Part shown: positions 1-10,695 of the stretch, in pieces
Layout of the letters: each line of letters opens with the position of its first letter
Position numbering within the stretch: position 1 is the stretch's first letter
IMG/VR virus record: IMGVR_UViG_3300030688_000011
Length of the DNA stretch: 64,000 nt
Origin: an uncultured virus (IMG/VR IMGVR_UViG_3300030688_000011)
Taxonomy: Duplodnaviria; Heunggongvirae; Uroviricota; Caudoviricetes
Reading direction: 5' to 3' (one strand)
Position numbers and translations under genes: made by a program
The notes under the pieces: model-generated
Databases searched by the model: none
What the model saw: the letters and a program-made list of their open reading frames with translations, nothing else
Told to the model about the DNA's origin: nothing

Positions 1-451
1 AGTTGCGGCTCAGTTCATCTCTCAGCGAGAACATCTTGCCGTCGATGAAACCGTTCAGGTGATAAGGGAAGTTGCGTTTCGCTGTCCACTTCCAATACTG
101 GTTCTCACCCTTCTTGTAAGCAAGGTACTGGCTCTCGAAGTCGGAGTGGTACTCGATGAACTCTCTGACCGGGCCGTCTACGACCTGCTCCACAGCCAGA
201 ATCTTGTTGATGATGTTCATGGTCTCGCGGTTGTTGGGGAGGGCATTGGTCTCCACGAAGTCCTGCCAGCCGGGGAGTTCACAGGCACCGTACGCCTTGA
301 CCTCAGGATACTTCGCTACAGCCGTGGTCACGAACGACTGGAACTCGTCGCGGCCCTTGTGCAGCTTGGCTTGCAACTCACCATACAGCCTGTAGCGGGA
401 GCATGTGGCCTTGAGGGCCAAGATGCTGGCGGAGAAAGCTTCAGTGCTCAT
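1..451 (-). CDS. hypothetical protein, runs off the window start
   Basis: ATG at 451 with GAGGGG RBS; open frame MSTEAFSASILALKATCSR... to the window edge. Confidence 0.6.
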   Translation of the reverse strand, partial: MSTEAFSASILALKATCSRYRLYGELQAKLHKGRDEFQSFVTTAVAKYPEVKAYGACELPGWQDFVETNALPNNRETMNIINKILAVEQVVDGPVREFIEYHSDFESQYLAYKKGENQYWKWTAKRNFPYHLNGFIDGKMFSLRDELSRN

Positions 452-705
452 TAGAAACCCCTCTTGAGACTGCCATCCGCATTATCCCGTGGGCACTCTT
501 GTCGATGACCACCTTGGCTCCGCCCTCGTATTCGATGGTGATTTTATTTACTTGCAGCATTGACAACCTCCGGGCACAGAGACCCCTGTTGCTTGCGAGG
601 GGCGAGAGCCGCAGCGATGATGCGTAGTGCGATTTTGGTGTTGGTGTTCATGGGTATCCTTGACAGGGCAGACCGGGGCTCTCGCCCCGGCCTTCTTGGT
701 TGGGG

Positions 706-1662
706 TTACGCCGCTACAGCCTTGGCCTTCTTCGCCTTGACGGCGACGGGCTGGTTGAGCGAAGCCTGAAGCATCGCCATGACATCGACCGGGGAGGTAA
801 CAGCCGGGGCCGGAAGTGCGACCGGAGCCGGGGTGCGTCCCATAATCTTGTCGTTGATGAGGCCCTTGAAGGAGCGAGTGAAGGAATCCTCGTAGTCGGT
901 TGCGTCGAAGTCACCCGAGAGCATGTCGATGAGCATTGCGGCCAGTTCGACCTTCTTGTCATCCACAGCGACCGTCTGCCACTTGTCGCAGGAGCGGACT
1001 TCGTTGTCGAAGAACATGTAGTGGACGACCATGCCGTTCGTGCCGTAGGGACGGATGACGACGGTCTGCTCACGACCACGCTGTGCGGTCTGAGCGATGG
1101 CTACGACGCCACGGCCAACCATGGCTGCACGGAGGGTGCTGAACGTCTCTTCGAAGCCTTTGTCGGGAACGAGGTACTCAGCATCCGCGAAGTAGATGGG
1201 GTCGATGGAAGTCATCTTGACGAACTTCTCCACGGTCATGCGCTTGTCTGAGATAACAGAGCAGCCCTTCTTCTCGTCATCGCTGATGATGGCGAACTCG
1301 CCCTTGGCGTACTGGTAGCCCTTGAGGATGTTGGTGCCTTCAACGGTCTCGTTGCAGGTCGGGCAGGACATACCTGCACGCTTCAACTGAGTGTAGATGG
1401 GCGTCATACCCGTCTTGTCCGAGTTGCAGTGATGTACCTGATTGAGTTCCACCTTCTCTTCCTCGGTGGCCTTCAGGGTCTTGACGGTGAGATTGACCAG
1501 CCCGAAGCCAAGGACGCCAGTCCACGTTGCACGGTTGGCGATACCCTTCTCGGCGGGGGCGGTGCTAATCTGCGGCTTGGCTGAGGCAGCGGGTGCCACC
1601 AGAGCAGCAGAGAGGGAGGCGATGGAGGCGGGGGCGGTAGGAGTGGTAATCTTCTTTGCCAT
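706..1662 (-). CDS. ku: prokaryotic Ku DNA end-binding protein
   Basis: RATWTGVLGFGLVN, LNQVH, ILKGYQYAKGEF, IDPIYF...YLVPD, ELAAMLID...FD..DYED, VDVMAMLQASL; ATG 6 nt after TATACT. Confidence 0.92.
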   Translation of the reverse strand: MAKKITTPTAPASIASLSAALVAPAASAKPQISTAPAEKGIANRATWTGVLGFGLVNLTVKTLKATEEEKVELNQVHHCNSDKTGMTPIYTQLKRAGMSCPTCNETVEGTNILKGYQYAKGEFAIISDDEKKGCSVISDKRMTVEKFVKMTSIDPIYFADAEYLVPDKGFEETFSTLRAAMVGRGVVAIAQTAQRGREQTVVIRPYGTNGMVVHYMFFDNEVRSCDKWQTVAVDDKKVELAAMLIDMLSGDFDATDYEDSFTRSFKGLINDKIMGRTPAPVALPAPAVTSPVDVMAMLQASLNQPVAVKAKKAKAVAA

Positions 1663-1668
1663 ACACAC

Positions 1669-1699
1669 AGTATACCGGAGTGAACACGTTTTCGAACAA
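1669..1699 (-). promoter_or_regulatory. repeated promoter TTGTTC-N19-TATACT, leaderless into ku
   Basis: AT-rich upstream tract, TTGTTC, 19-nt spacer, TATACT; motif recurs at 7 other sites. Confidence 0.75.
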
Positions 1700-1857
1700 C
1701 TAATTTTGAAGTTTTTCGCCTATTTTCAGCTTGAAAAGGGGAAGGGGAACCTTGGCAGGTTCCCCGTGTTGCCTCAACCCTTTGAGCCACCTAAGACCCG
1801 CCAGTGACTCTTCCTAAGGCACGACCCGGAGAGAAGGTTCAGGCCGTGCCTAGCTTG

Positions 1858-3135
1858 TTAGTAATCGTCGTCTTCGTCGTCATCATCCAACTCCGAGTCA
1901 TCTTCATCCTCGTAGTCGTCGTCCGAGTCATCGAACTCGTCATCGTACTCGTCGTCATCTTCCACGTCCGAGTCGTCAACAGCGTAGTAGCCGTTATCCA
2001 GCGGGAAGTTGTATCCCCGGAGGGTAGCGATAGCCATGAGAATCTTGTCGATGGTCTCCTGCTCAGGGTGCAGGGCACGCTCAGCGTTGTAGACCTCAGA
2101 GAGCTTCATGTCAGCAGCCTTGGCAACTTCCCCCAAGGTCTTGCCAGCAGCCTCACGGTGGAAGCGGAGAGGGTTCGCGAACAACTTGGACTGTGCCGGG
2201 GCAATGTCCATCCGCGAGAAGCGACGGAGCCAGTTCTTGAGACGAGCGACCGATGCCTTCTTGAAGCTGGCGGAAGTCATCTTGCCACGCTTCAGGAGAC
2301 GCTTGACGCTCGGCAGGGCCTTGACCTGCTTGATGAGTTCCTGACGGTCACCCGAGAGTTCCACGACAGGCTGCATCATGACCGGAGTGTCGGTGCGACC
2401 TTCAATCATCTCGTTGTACTCGACCTCACGCAGAACCTCGTAACGCCACGTGCGACCCTTGGAGTAGCCGTAGTCCACCGGGATGGCAACAACGTCAGCC
2501 GGGTTGACCTTGACTTCCACAATGCGGCTCCCACCTTCACGCCACGCACTGCCGAAGTTGGGCAGGTACGCCTTAGAGCAGAAGTGGAGACCACGGGAGC
2601 ACTCGCGACGACGGTCAGGGTCAACAGCCTTGCGTGGCATAACCACTGGGGGACGGCCCGGACGGTTGTCGAAGCGACCCGTGCGGATGTCCATGAAGTT
2701 GTTCCGAACCTTCTTGTAGGCGAGGAAGCAGCCGTCGTCGGTCAGGGCGAAGCGACCATTGCTCAGCCACTCGTAGACCTCGTTGACGGTATCCGCATCC
2801 GGGTTCAGGTACAGATTGTCCATGAAGCGGAGTAGGTGGGCGACAGGCTTGCCGTGCTCGATGAGTTCGAGAACCTTGGTCGTCAGCACGTTCTCAACCT
2901 TCTGACCCTTGTAGGTCACGCCGTCAGCAGTGACGTTGACCTTACCGTGCGAACGCTCGGCAATCTGAGTCGCCAGCGAGAGCAGCTTCGGTACTCGCGA
3001 GAAGTTCTCACGCGACAGTGCCTTGTGCAGAGCCTTGAATGTTGGTTGACCCTTGCTCACAGGGTAGCTACGGCCACCGACTACCACGGATAGGTAATCG
3101 TTCTGGAGCACGTATGGAATCGCTTGGCTAGGCAT
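1858..3135 (-). CDS. rIIB: rIIB-like protein with C-terminal HTH and acidic tail
   Basis: LTDDGCFLAYKKVR, VDPDRRRECSRGLHFCS..YLPNF, VKVNPADVVAIPVDY..SKGRTWRYEV; follows rIIA. Confidence 0.88.
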   Translation of the reverse strand: MPSQAIPYVLQNDYLSVVVGGRSYPVSKGQPTFKALHKALSRENFSRVPKLLSLATQIAERSHGKVNVTADGVTYKGQKVENVLTTKVLELIEHGKPVAHLLRFMDNLYLNPDADTVNEVYEWLSNGRFALTDDGCFLAYKKVRNNFMDIRTGRFDNRPGRPPVVMPRKAVDPDRRRECSRGLHFCSKAYLPNFGSAWREGGSRIVEVKVNPADVVAIPVDYGYSKGRTWRYEVLREVEYNEMIEGRTDTPVMMQPVVELSGDRQELIKQVKALPSVKRLLKRGKMTSASFKKASVARLKNWLRRFSRMDIAPAQSKLFANPLRFHREAAGKTLGEVAKAADMKLSEVYNAERALHPEQETIDKILMAIATLRGYNFPLDNGYYAVDDSDVEDDDEYDDEFDDSDDDYEDEDDSELDDDDEDDDY

Positions 3136-5632
3136 TGACAGTCTCCTCTTCCTCTTCAGTTTCCGCTACCAATTGTACATCATCCGAAGATACCGCCAAC
3201 TTTTTATTTTGCTCGTCAGCGTACCGGATGTAGTCCACGAGAACATTGTTCTCTTGGATGTTGCTATCGTGGTACCGATTCCTGTTGCATACCCTCAGAA
3301 TCGGATAGTGCCTGATAACCTTCGCCCAAAGCTTGTTGAAGTCGGTGTCGTTGTGTACTTCAACTCCAAGTGCAGTGGCTACCTTCAGCAACTCGTAGTG
3401 ACCGTCCCGGTTCGCCTTCTGTGCGTTGTTCAGGATAGTAGCGAAGAGACGGATGGGGCTGTCAATTGCCAGTACCTGATGAGTAGCGATGTACTCAAGC
3501 AGGGTCGCCCACTCAGAGCTAAACGGGTTGACCGTAAGGCTCATCTCCCGTTCCTTCTCCGGCGTGACGAGAGTCTTTATCTCCGCCTGAAGGTAGGGCA
3601 TAAGGGCGACGAACGAGGAGTCATTCAGCAGGGGAGAGTCGGAGCGGAGGCCGAACACCGGGGTATCCTCCGTGAACTCTGCAAATACCTTGGACTTCCT
3701 CATGCTGTTGGCGAACTCCACGAAGTCACGAGCGGAGGAATGCTCTCCATGGTTGCGTGTGGCCTCACCGAACTTGTCCACCAGAATGTAGAACTTCTTC
3801 GTGGATGCGTCGATGAAATCCAGAGTGTCTTCGCCTCTGTCCCAAGCCTTCCGCCAGCCCGACGACCGGTTGCCCCAGCGACGGTACCGCAAATAGCCGA
3901 CGTAGGTCTTCAGGACACGAGCCTGAATCTTCTTCCGGCGTGCCTGTGCAACCTTAGCTTCCTTCGCTTCCTTCATGAGAGGGTCGTACTTCACCTTCAG
4001 GTCAGAGACCTTCAGGAAGGGAGGATTGCCAAGGGACTCAAGCAGGTCAGCCGCCTCATCGCCAGCCCGTTGCATCTGCACCAGCTTGTGAGCCTTGCTG
4101 ATGACGATGGCACGCTCGTACTCGTTGGTCTCGTCCTGCTGAAGCAAGTAGTTGATGTACTTCTCGCCGTAGTTGTTGATGTCGTTGATGACGAAGATGC
4201 TGTTCTTCGAAACCGAAATCTTGACATCGAACTCAGACTTCTTCGACAGGCCCGATGCCACGTCACGAAGAGCCTGAGCACGCTTGGCAGTGTCCACAGC
4301 CTCGAACATGTTTATCTTGCTGGACTTGCCCCGCTTGCGTTCCGTACGAGCGTACTCCGCCATGTTGATGAAGTTGTAGTCGAGTTCGTTGACAGTAGGC
4401 TTGGCCCCGGTCAGAGTGAAGTTGGTGTACTTGCCGAACAGGAGACCCTTGCTGTAGGCGTCGTGAACGAGTGAGCCCACGCCGCTCTGCAACTGAAGCT
4501 CCATCAGCTTGAGCCGTGCTTCCCAACCTGAGAAGCACAAATCCAGATTCTTCTTGACCTCTTCCATCAGGTGCTCTTCCACGATGTCGAGCCGCTTCAG
4601 AATGTTGCCGATGGTGGTGTCATCAAGTTGCAGGGCCTCACGCGAGACAGCCGGACGCAGGTCGCCGATGTTGAAGAACAGGTCGATGGGCATTGCGACC
4701 ATCTTCTTCTGTGCTTCCGTCAGACGGCTGATGTCGATGTTGCCGACAGTGTACTGCACGTTGCCCATGATGGCCCGGAGACCGTTGGAGTCGTTTCGCA
4801 TTCCCCATGTATCCGTACGCACGGAGTAGTTGGACTTGAGAATCACGACGGACTTGTTCATCTTCGGCTGAGGGTCGAAGAACTCGAACACGATGCCAGC
4901 CTTGTTCTCGAACTCCCAAATGTCGTTAGGGTCAACGGGAAACTGAACCTCTACGCCATTGGACTCTTTGGGTGTGTCCGTGACCGTCATCAGAACCACA
5001 GCCGGGATGCCATTCTTCACGTGAGCATCGTAGATGTAGGTCTTGCCTTCGTAGACATTGGTAACCGTGAAGCCGCCAGACTTGTAGGAGCCGTCAGCGA
5101 GACGCTTGTTGGTGTAGGCGAAGGGGGACTTGGAGCCGAGACCGAAGCCACCAATCATGTCGTCGGAGTTGTTTTTGTCCGAAGAGAAGTAGGTGCAGTA
5201 GAGACGCTTGCACGCATCATAGTCGCCAGTACCATCGCAGGTACCGCACTTGATGTCGCCACGTGTGGGCTCATAGGACTCTAAGGTTGTGTCGTCATCG
5301 GTGGGTGTGATGGCGTTCAGCTTGCCAGTGCCATTGCACTCCAAGCACCCACCCTTGACGTACTTGAGGCCGGTGCCAAAGTCTTTGACTGAGAAGTAGG
5401 GTTCCCACTGGGTGGGGAGATGAATCTCAAAGGGGACATTCGCTTTACCCGCCGCAATGTGCGAGTCAAGAGCGTTGCAGGAAAGCTCCCGGATAGGGGC
5501 ACGGTAGATGTCGTTGTAGATGCTGCTGGACATGATGTTGAAGCTGACAGAGTTTGCGACCATCTTGAAATCGGTGGCAACTCCCGCTGTTCCAGAGACC
5601 TTAGCGTCAATTCCTTTATGTCCAAGTTGCAT
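3128..5632 (-). CDS. rIIA: rIIA-like protein (GHKL ATPase N-terminus)
   Basis: IYNDIYRAPIRELSCNALDSH, VKDFGTG, YFSSDK..SDDMIGGFGLGSKSPFAY, SREAL; RBS AGGAGAG before ATG 5632. Confidence 0.88.
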   Translation of the reverse strand: MQLGHKGIDAKVSGTAGVATDFKMVANSVSFNIMSSSIYNDIYRAPIRELSCNALDSHIAAGKANVPFEIHLPTQWEPYFSVKDFGTGLKYVKGGCLECNGTGKLNAITPTDDDTTLESYEPTRGDIKCGTCDGTGDYDACKRLYCTYFSSDKNNSDDMIGGFGLGSKSPFAYTNKRLADGSYKSGGFTVTNVYEGKTYIYDAHVKNGIPAVVLMTVTDTPKESNGVEVQFPVDPNDIWEFENKAGIVFEFFDPQPKMNKSVVILKSNYSVRTDTWGMRNDSNGLRAIMGNVQYTVGNIDISRLTEAQKKMVAMPIDLFFNIGDLRPAVSREALQLDDTTIGNILKRLDIVEEHLMEEVKKNLDLCFSGWEARLKLMELQLQSGVGSLVHDAYSKGLLFGKYTNFTLTGAKPTVNELDYNFINMAEYARTERKRGKSSKINMFEAVDTAKRAQALRDVASGLSKKSEFDVKISVSKNSIFVINDINNYGEKYINYLLQQDETNEYERAIVISKAHKLVQMQRAGDEAADLLESLGNPPFLKVSDLKVKYDPLMKEAKEAKVAQARRKKIQARVLKTYVGYLRYRRWGNRSSGWRKAWDRGEDTLDFIDASTKKFYILVDKFGEATRNHGEHSSARDFVEFANSMRKSKVFAEFTEDTPVFGLRSDSPLLNDSSFVALMPYLQAEIKTLVTPEKEREMSLTVNPFSSEWATLLEYIATHQVLAIDSPIRLFATILNNAQKANRDGHYELLKVATALGVEVHNDTDFNKLWAKVIRHYPILRVCNRNRYHDSNIQENNVLVDYIRYADEQNKKLAVSSDDVQLVAETEEEEETVNA

Positions 5633-5655
5633 TGGGTGTCTTCTCTCCTGCACAC

Positions 5656-5686
5656 AGTATACGGGATACTCCCACATTCTGAACAT
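5656..5686 (-). promoter_or_regulatory. repeated promoter (ATGTTC-N19-TATACT) for rIIA/rIIB
   Basis: same motif and spacing as other copies. Confidence 0.65.
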
Positions 5687-5940
5687 ATATTTTGGAAAAA
5701 TTTGCCTACAGTGTATAGAACAACTTACGTCGGTTTTCCACATGCCGCTTGATGACGTGGGCCAGCAACAAATTGTACCCAGTACGAGCTATGAGAGCAC
5801 TCATACCGCAGTAAATGGGCATCATCCATGGGATGTTGTGGTTGAGCAGACGGGCCGCTATCAACACTAAGGTGCCGGGTACACTGGCGAGGAACCAGCC
5901 GTAGTAGAACCCGAGTTGCAATGCTTCAAACCGGCTTACT

Positions 5941-6372
5941 CTAATTTTCCCTTGCATTTTTCGCCCCCGTCATCAGGTCGCGGATGTCCCGGCATACTTC
6001 AACCCAACGGTCATTGTCGCCGCGATAGCCCAGCGTCTGAGCAATGGGGAAGGTTGCGTTGCAAGCTTCTGTCCACCGCATCTTGTCCGGGGAGCGGATA
6101 AGCTGTGTCCCGGCCCAGCGGAACTTGGGAGTGGTGCCAAGGTAACCTTCGGCTGTCGCCCTAGCCAGCTTGACGATGCCCATAATGTCGCCCAGATTCG
6201 CCGTGCCGCCCGGAACCTCAGGCAGTGATTCGACAAACTCTTCCGTCGTGATGTCGGTGCCGCACAGCTTGCACACACCCTCGTCGGTGAGGTCGAGATG
6301 CAGACACGAAGCAAAGTCTTCCATGGAACAATCCCCTATGTAAGAGAGACCTGTATTCATTTCACACTCCAA
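5941..6372 (-). CDS. hypothetical protein
   Basis: ORF in tightly packed minus-strand run. Confidence 0.55.
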   Translation of the reverse strand: MECEMNTGLSYIGDCSMEDFASCLHLDLTDEGVCKLCGTDITTEEFVESLPEVPGGTANLGDIMGIVKLARATAEGYLGTTPKFRWAGTQLIRSPDKMRWTEACNATFPIAQTLGYRGDNDRWVEVCRDIRDLMTGAKNAREN

Positions 6373-6688
6373 AGGTTGGCATCGTGCAGGGAGCCCAGTG
6401 CGTTGCTTTCACAGGGTATCCGTGAAGGTTGGTGAAGTAGGGGTCGCCCTGTGACCATACCATCCTACACACAGGGTTCTCTATGCCTCTAGCTGCATCA
6501 GGGTGAGTCGGAGTACCAAACTTAATCCACTCGCACTTGCCAAGAATGTATGCATACTCGGCAGGGGTCTTCTTGTGTACATCGGCGGGTAAGGACTCGT
6601 ATCGAAGCCAGATGATGTCGCTACGCCAACTCCCGTCGTGGGAGTTGGCAGTAGGTAGACCATCTTCAATTGAAACCCAGTTATTCAT
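6362..6688 (-). CDS. hypothetical protein (DUF551-like W.S...LP / THW.P termini)
   Basis: WVSIEDGLP ... ATHWAP. Confidence 0.6.
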   Translation of the reverse strand: MNNWVSIEDGLPTANSHDGSWRSDIIWLRYESLPADVHKKTPAEYAYILGKCEWIKFGTPTHPDAARGIENPVCRMVWSQGDPYFTNLHGYPVKATHWAPCTMPTFGV

Positions 6689-6689
6689 C

Positions 6690-8192
6690 TTAGTTTTCTT
6701 GCGCTACTTCGGCGTCCACATCATCTTCGTAGACGGTGTTCTCGATGTGTGCCAAGTCTTCAGTGGTCAACCCCTCTTCCACCTGAGTGGTAGCATGGTC
6801 GAACATGCCAAGATTCGCTGCCTCGTCCATGTAGTTGTTGTACTGTTCTTCCTCAACCACGAAGTCAGGGTCAGTGAACACCGGGGTGAGGATCGAGTAG
6901 AGCTTATTCATCTTCATCCGCAGTTCGTTGTCCTGATTCTCGTGACCGCTGAGACGCTCGGCTTCGGCCCACAGCATGAACAGTTCCTGCTTGAGCGGGT
7001 TCTTCAGCACGGCTTCCATGATGGTGGCGTGTGGGTCAAGCTGCACGTCAACCTCAGGTTCGGTGTACTGATTGATGGGCTGAAGCTCACCGGAGATAAG
7101 CTTGTCGAACGTGTTGTGAGCCTTGGTTGATGCCGTCGAAAGCTGCTCGGCTTGACGCTCTTCCACTGAACGACCGTCAGCCTTGATGCTTTTCACGTAA
7201 TTGAGCACGAGACCTGAGACCACATGCAGGAACCCAAACCAATTGGTGCTGGGGTCAATAACGAGGGCACCATATTGCGGAGGATTGTACACGAGACGGA
7301 GGATGTGGTCACGCTCTGCGTCGGTGAGCGTAGGGCCGTCACCCAACTCTTCCTTGAGCACCTTGTGGAAGCCGGTCTGCCGGAGAATCTTTGCAGCGGT
7401 CGCACGCAACACGGCACGCTGAGTGAGGGCCTTCTCCAAGATGTCTACTTCGAGAAACACGTGAGGCACAACACCACGAGTCTGAAGTTCCTCTGTGTCA
7501 AGCACGTCGCCCGTGTCGAGTTCAATGTAGACGTTCGAGAGAGGAGTGACCGCGTAGTCAGCGATGAGACCCAGCAGGTCAGAACGGAACAGGTCGAACA
7601 GACGCTGTGCAACCCCGTTCGGCTTGCCTTCCCGGTTGAAGTAGTTGGGGCACTCTTGCCGGATGATGTCCCACACCATATCATCAGGAGCATCTTTGAC
7701 GTTACGCGGCTGTAGTTCGTTGATGTATTTGTTGAGGTCACATCCGCAAGTGTCGCCGGTCGGGTACTTCACCATGTCCGGGAAGAGACGGCTGATGTAC
7801 CAGTTGCGTAGGGGACAGGATTCGTCGGGGTGAGAGATGACGTAGTAGAAGTACCGTCCCTCACCTAGTGTCTCAGAGTATTGTTCAAGGTCAGCGATGG
7901 TGGACGTGAAGGTGCCGTCCGATGAGATGTACTGCTTGCCCACCATGGCATCGCCTCCGAACACAGCACGACGGTTGATGATAAAAGCGTCTTCAATGAT
8001 GGCAAAACGCGGGTCGTGAATCATCTCCCATGTGGGGCCAAGGGTCTCGATGTAGCCGTCTTTGCCGAACAACAGAGCATCGAGTGACTGACAATACTGA
8101 AATTCATCACGTGTGACTTCGCCTGAAACGAAGCGGTATGTTCGCTTACCTTCATCTGTAAGACCCAACATACGCTTGAGGGAATTATCCAT
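6690..8192 (-). CDS. hypothetical protein, 500 aa
   Basis: long ORF with GGAG RBS; no recognised motif. Confidence 0.75.
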   Translation of the reverse strand: MDNSLKRMLGLTDEGKRTYRFVSGEVTRDEFQYCQSLDALLFGKDGYIETLGPTWEMIHDPRFAIIEDAFIINRRAVFGGDAMVGKQYISSDGTFTSTIADLEQYSETLGEGRYFYYVISHPDESCPLRNWYISRLFPDMVKYPTGDTCGCDLNKYINELQPRNVKDAPDDMVWDIIRQECPNYFNREGKPNGVAQRLFDLFRSDLLGLIADYAVTPLSNVYIELDTGDVLDTEELQTRGVVPHVFLEVDILEKALTQRAVLRATAAKILRQTGFHKVLKEELGDGPTLTDAERDHILRLVYNPPQYGALVIDPSTNWFGFLHVVSGLVLNYVKSIKADGRSVEERQAEQLSTASTKAHNTFDKLISGELQPINQYTEPEVDVQLDPHATIMEAVLKNPLKQELFMLWAEAERLSGHENQDNELRMKMNKLYSILTPVFTDPDFVVEEEQYNNYMDEAANLGMFDHATTQVEEGLTTEDLAHIENTVYEDDVDAEVAQEN

Positions 8193-8448
8193 TTACAGCT
8201 ATCTCCAATTTGCCAATATGGCACTCTCTTGTAAGAGAGTCCGCGAGGACTCCACTACATATAAATACTGAGTCAACCGCCTTCAGGAGGATGCCTATGA
8301 AGTTTTTGCTACCATTCGCCCCCACCGCTGTTCTAACCAAGGGATTCGAGAGGGATACGCCTAAACTTGCAACCTGCTAGGAAGGGGTGATTCAAAATCT
8401 ACCGGGTGCCCTTGGCGGTGATGTTGACCTTACCAAGGGCATTCGTGT

Positions 8449-8994
8449 CTATGCACCCTGTGGAGCCGGTACCCACGAGGTACCGAACATTTCCTTCAGC
8501 TTAGCCAATGACATCTTCGCGGCCCTGCCCTTCTCCCCTTCGACATCCAGAATCGTAATGTAAGCCATCGAAATACGACACAGACCCCACACTCCTCCGT
8601 TCACACCAAAGATAAACGCATAGCGCGAGACCCCCTGTCCCGGAAGCAGAGCCAGTGTCGTGATGACTGCTGTAAGAGCAATCCACACGATGCGGAAGCC
8701 AAACTCTATAGGTCCGATACGACGTACGGTACGAGCGGCCTTGGGCTCCCTATGTTCTCTCCACATAAACCAGCCGACGAGCACGTCACCGGGGATTTCC
8801 CACCCTATCGAACCGATAGGGTGGGACGTGTGCATGGTGACCGCGATAATGTAGATGTCGAGGGCACAGCAGAGAATGTAGAGAGCAAACACAACCTGTT
8901 CCACTCGCTTCTGTGAGAGGAAACACCAGTCTTGCAGGAAAACTACTATCCTGTCGTAGACGGAAATCACGATGTCATCAAATTCTTTGAGCAT
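8449..8994 (-). CDS. membrane protein
   Basis: about 4 hydrophobic segments. Confidence 0.65.
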   Translation of the reverse strand: MLKEFDDIVISVYDRIVVFLQDWCFLSQKRVEQVVFALYILCCALDIYIIAVTMHTSHPIGSIGWEIPGDVLVGWFMWREHREPKAARTVRRIGPIEFGFRIVWIALTAVITTLALLPGQGVSRYAFIFGVNGGVWGLCRISMAYITILDVEGEKGRAAKMSLAKLKEMFGTSWVPAPQGA

Positions 8995-8997
8995 GGC

Positions 8998-9774
8998 TTA
9001 TACCGTAATCGTCTTTTCAAAGTGTGCTGCAAGTCCACCACCGGCCAACCGGATAAGCCATCCGTCGGAGCCAATCTTAGTATCCCCACGCTTGGTGGCG
9101 AACATGGGTTCGATGGCGATACGCATACCCTTCTCCAGCTTCACCGGAGCGATGTCAGGTACTATGGCATGGTAATCACTACGATTACTCGGGCGGTCAG
9201 GATGACCCATCGGCTTCCAGTCTTCCCGCTTCTCCATGTGGTAGGTAACCTCATTCGGGATGAAGGGCTCCATATGAAGCTCGGTGCCGATACCGTGTCC
9301 ACCATAGCCGTGGATGACCGCAAGCTCTTCACGCTTGGCTACCGCTTCAATGGCCTTGCCGATGTCGTGCGTGGTGTTTCCCGGCTTCGCCATGTGGATG
9401 CCAGCCTGAAGGGCCTCTTGCGTGGCCTTGAGGAGCCTACGGGCGATGCCTGAGCCCTTACCGATGAGAATGGTCGTAGCTCCGTCATCATATTGCCCCT
9501 CGGTATCCTTGGTGCCGATATCCAACTTGATAACGTCGCCGTCTTCAAACGGACGCTCATCCGGGATGCCATGGATGACTTCCTCATTGATGCTTACGCA
9601 CATCACGCTCGGATAGGCGTTGCCCTTGAAGCCGTTCGGCTTATAGCCAAGGAACGCCGGTTCAACCTTGAACACCTTCATGAGGTTGGCAGCTTGAGCT
9701 TCAAGCTGCTTGCCGGTTGCTCCCTCCACTGTCATTGCCGCGAGGATATCAAGGATGCTTTCGAGGACTGTCAT
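8998..9774 (-). CDS. map: methionine aminopeptidase type I
   Basis: YPSVMCVSINEEVIHGIP, DVIKLDIG, DDGATT, GHGIG..LHMEP, IAIEPM, AAHFEKTI. Confidence 0.9.
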   Translation of the reverse strand: MTVLESILDILAAMTVEGATGKQLEAQAANLMKVFKVEPAFLGYKPNGFKGNAYPSVMCVSINEEVIHGIPDERPFEDGDVIKLDIGTKDTEGQYDDGATTILIGKGSGIARRLLKATQEALQAGIHMAKPGNTTHDIGKAIEAVAKREELAVIHGYGGHGIGTELHMEPFIPNEVTYHMEKREDWKPMGHPDRPSNRSDYHAIVPDIAPVKLEKGMRIAIEPMFATKRGDTKIGSDGWLIRLAGGGLAAHFEKTITV

Positions 9775-10364
9775 TTTTCTCCTGAGACGTACTGTGGTGC
9801 TAAAGGTTTGTGGTCAGCGGTTTCGGTGAACCATTGAGCGTGACATTCAACACACTCCCACGCCAAATAGTCCTCCCAGCGAAAGGTGTGCGGCCCTATC
9901 TTGAGTAGAACACGAGGGCGGTGAGCACTGAGACACTTCACGCAGTTTGAACGGAAGGGCTCTATTTTTATTTCTCTGACCGGGGTTTTCATCATGATGT
10001 TCATTTGAACTTACTGAGGACTTTGAGCATGAATCCTTTAGTCTCCCTTCTGAACTATCTTGTAACAGTCTTCGCACTGGTAGTAATCGTCTTCGTCAAC
10101 CATACTCATGAACCACTTGGTGTTCACGTGAGGGCAGAGAAGTTGCGCCAACCACATAGGCCAGACCGTGATACGAGCCTGCTTGCTCCGCCGCCACCAG
10201 CGGGTGGGTGGTGTATATGGTTGTATCATTCTTCACCCCTTGGAACTCCGCCGATGCGACCACATCCGTCACATGGGTGTGTGATGTGGTGCAGACAACC
10301 CGGATGGTCACAGGGCTGACCCGGCTTCGGCATCTTTTTCGGACGTATGACCCACTCCACGGGC

Positions 10365-10691
10365 TCAGACATAGAGCCTCGCGAGTTTGATGAGAGCCGC
10401 CTCTACCACAGAGGGAGGCTGAACAGTGTCTATGTTGGACTGGAGCCAAGCGAGGATGGAGTTGACCGGGAACTTTTGAGGGATGAATTCGAACATGAAG
10501 GACATCCCCAACACAGCGGCTCCGTCCACACCGTCACCCCATGATGGAGGGACGCTATCAATACCACGTACCAACAAACTCAGTTGGTGCAGCCGGTCAC
10601 CACACACCTTGAACTCAGTGGGAGCCTTGGTGTCCCCATTGACGATAGTGACCGGAGTGTAGTCGAGCTTGGAAGCTTGTTCGATGTTCAT
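10365..10691 (-). CDS. hypothetical protein
   Basis: ORF with GAGGTG RBS. Confidence 0.55.
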   Translation of the reverse strand: MNIEQASKLDYTPVTIVNGDTKAPTEFKVCGDRLHQLSLLVRGIDSVPPSWGDGVDGAAVLGMSFMFEFIPQKFPVNSILAWLQSNIDTVQPPSVVEAALIKLARLYV

Positions 10692-10695
10692 GGTT

